A stretch of 64,000 nt of DNA from Candidatus Dormiibacterota bacterium (lineage in GTDB: Bacteria; Chloroflexota; Dormibacteria; Aeolococcales; Aeolococcaceae): positions 160,001 to 224,000 of the forward strand of contig CAVPXI010000004.1 of the NCBI GenBank assembly GCA_963709585.1. The letters run 5' to 3'. The notes below the pieces were generated by a model. It was not told the origin of the DNA and ran no database searches. It saw only the letters and a program-made list of their open reading frames with translations. Below are positions 62,826-64,000 of the stretch, one piece after another. The position numbers and the translations under genes were made by a program. Numbering within the stretch: position 1 is the stretch's first letter; the number at the start of each line of letters is the position of its first letter.

Positions 62826-64000
62826 TCAGTCCTCGGAGTGACGGGCGACCTCGTGGTGCTCCTGGAGGTATTCGCGGATCGCGATCAGTGCCGCGATGCC
62901 GTCTCCGACAGCGGATCCCAACTGCTTGGTCGACCCACGGCGGACGTCGCCGGCAGCGAACACCCCGGGAACGGAGGTGGCGAAACCGCCCTTGGTGTCG
63001 ACAAACCCTCGGGCGTCGAGATCCACGCTGCCGCGGAGAAACTCGGTGTTGGGATCGAGCCCGATGAAGACGAAGGCAGCACGCGGGGTCACCACCTGCT
63101 CCTCGCCGGTGGCGCGATCGCGAAGGCGGACCGACTCGAGCCGTCCGCTGCCGGCGAGCTCGACGACCTCGGTGTTGCGCTGCACCACGAAGTGCGGGTC
63201 GTTGTTCACCTTGTCCTGGAGCAGGCGTGAGGCGGTGAGCTCGGGCTCGCGCTGGACGACACGGATGCGGTTGGCGAACTTCCGGAGGAAGAGGCCCTCC
63301 TCGAGCGCCGAGTTTCCGCCGCCGATGACCAGAAGTTCCTCGGCGCCACGGTAGAACGGCCCGTCGCAGGTCGCGCAGAAGTGGACGCCGGCGCCGATGA
63401 GGTCGTCCTCGCCGGGAACGCCGAGGCGCCGATACGACGATCCGGTGGCGATCAGCACCGCGTGCGTCTCGATCTCCTGGCCGCTTGCCAGGCGGAGGCA
63501 GAGGTCACCCGCCTCCGCGCCCTCGGCGGCGACGTGCTCGACGCTCACCGCGCTGAGAAGTTCGACCTCGTAGCGACGGGCCTGGGCGATGAAGCGCTCG
63601 GCGAGGTCCGCTCCGCCGACGCCCTCCGGGAACCCCGGGTAGTTGTCGATGCGCTCGGTGACGCCCGCCTGGCCGCCGAGCCCGCTGCGCTCGACCACCA
63701 CGGCGTCGATGCCTTCTCGCGCCGCGTAGATGGCGGCGGCGAGACCCGCCGGGCCGCCGCCGACGATCGCCAGGTCGTAGCAGGTGCGCTTGGCCTCGAG
63801 GGTGAGCCCGAGCTTGTGCGCGAGCTCCTCATTGGTCGGATCGACGAGCACGTCGGTCGCGTCGAAAACGATCGTCGGAATCGTGCGCCCGCCCTTCTGC
63901 AGCTCCTCGACGTGCTCCAGGCCGGCGGCGTCCTGGTCGATATCGACCCAGTCGTACGCGACGCGCTGCTCGGCGAGGAAGCGCTTCGCGCGCTTGCAGT
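62826..64000 (-). CDS. Glutaredoxin/NrdH-like domain fused to thioredoxin reductase (5' truncated by the window end)
   Basis: Frame is open to the window edge: CKRAKRFL..WVDID..GRTIPTIVF, then IVGGGPAG, CATCDG, GGGNSA, VFAAGDV. Confidence 0.88.
   Translation of the reverse strand, partial: CKRAKRFLAEQRVAYDWVDIDQDAAGLEHVEELQKGGRTIPTIVFDATDVLVDPTNEELAHKLGLTLEAKRTCYDLAIVGGGPAGLAAAIYAAREGIDAVVVERSGLGGQAGVTERIDNYPGFPEGVGGADLAERFIAQARRYEVELLSAVSVEHVAAEGAEAGDLCLRLASGQEIETHAVLIATGSSYRRLGVPGEDDLIGAGVHFCATCDGPFYRGAEELLVIGGGNSALEEGLFLRKFANRIRVVQREPELTASRLLQDKVNNDPHFVVQRNTEVVELAGSGRLESVRLRDRATGEEQVVTPRAAFVFIGLDPNTEFLRGSVDLDARGFVDTKGGFATSVPGVFAAGDVRRGSTKQLGSAVGDGIAALIAIREYLQEHHEVARHSED

Overview
This is a high-GC (roughly 68-70% by eye) bacterial chromosomal window with about 63 densely packed genes. 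I saw no rRNA, tRNA, CRISPR array, transposase or integrase. Gene content and widespread leaderless starts fit a Terrabacteria soil organism (Actinomycetota-, Chloroflexota- or Dormibacterota-like; this is inference only). About 15 genes, including housekeeping menA and msrB, are split by 1-2 nt indels, which points to an unpolished long-read assembly. Main blocks: (i) an EAL*-GAF-GGDEF cyclase, MMPL and a GT-C-like membrane protein; (ii) two ECF sigma/anti-sigma pairs, the second sharing a newly spotted promoter motif (TTCGGCC-N17-CCGTATA) with a GH3 lipoprotein gene; (iii) a large Cys-rich secreted protein, and a CGNR regulator facing a small ORF across a two-operator promoter; (iv) metal homeostasis (CDF, Nur-like Fur divergent from NiCoT, Zn/Mn ABC); (v) a menaquinone cluster menG-F/D-C-A-B/E; (vi) the best candidate for an undescribed system, a divergent locus where GNAT-WYL-msrB-recQ faces an operon of a small QLTLP-motif protein, a TM0106-type nuclease-helicase and a DinB-TPR protein, with a perfect palindrome at a PafBC-like '-26' position; (vii) a lower-GC YtrA/ABC cassette, several hydrolases and exporters, and a glutaredoxin-thioredoxin reductase fusion truncated by the window end.
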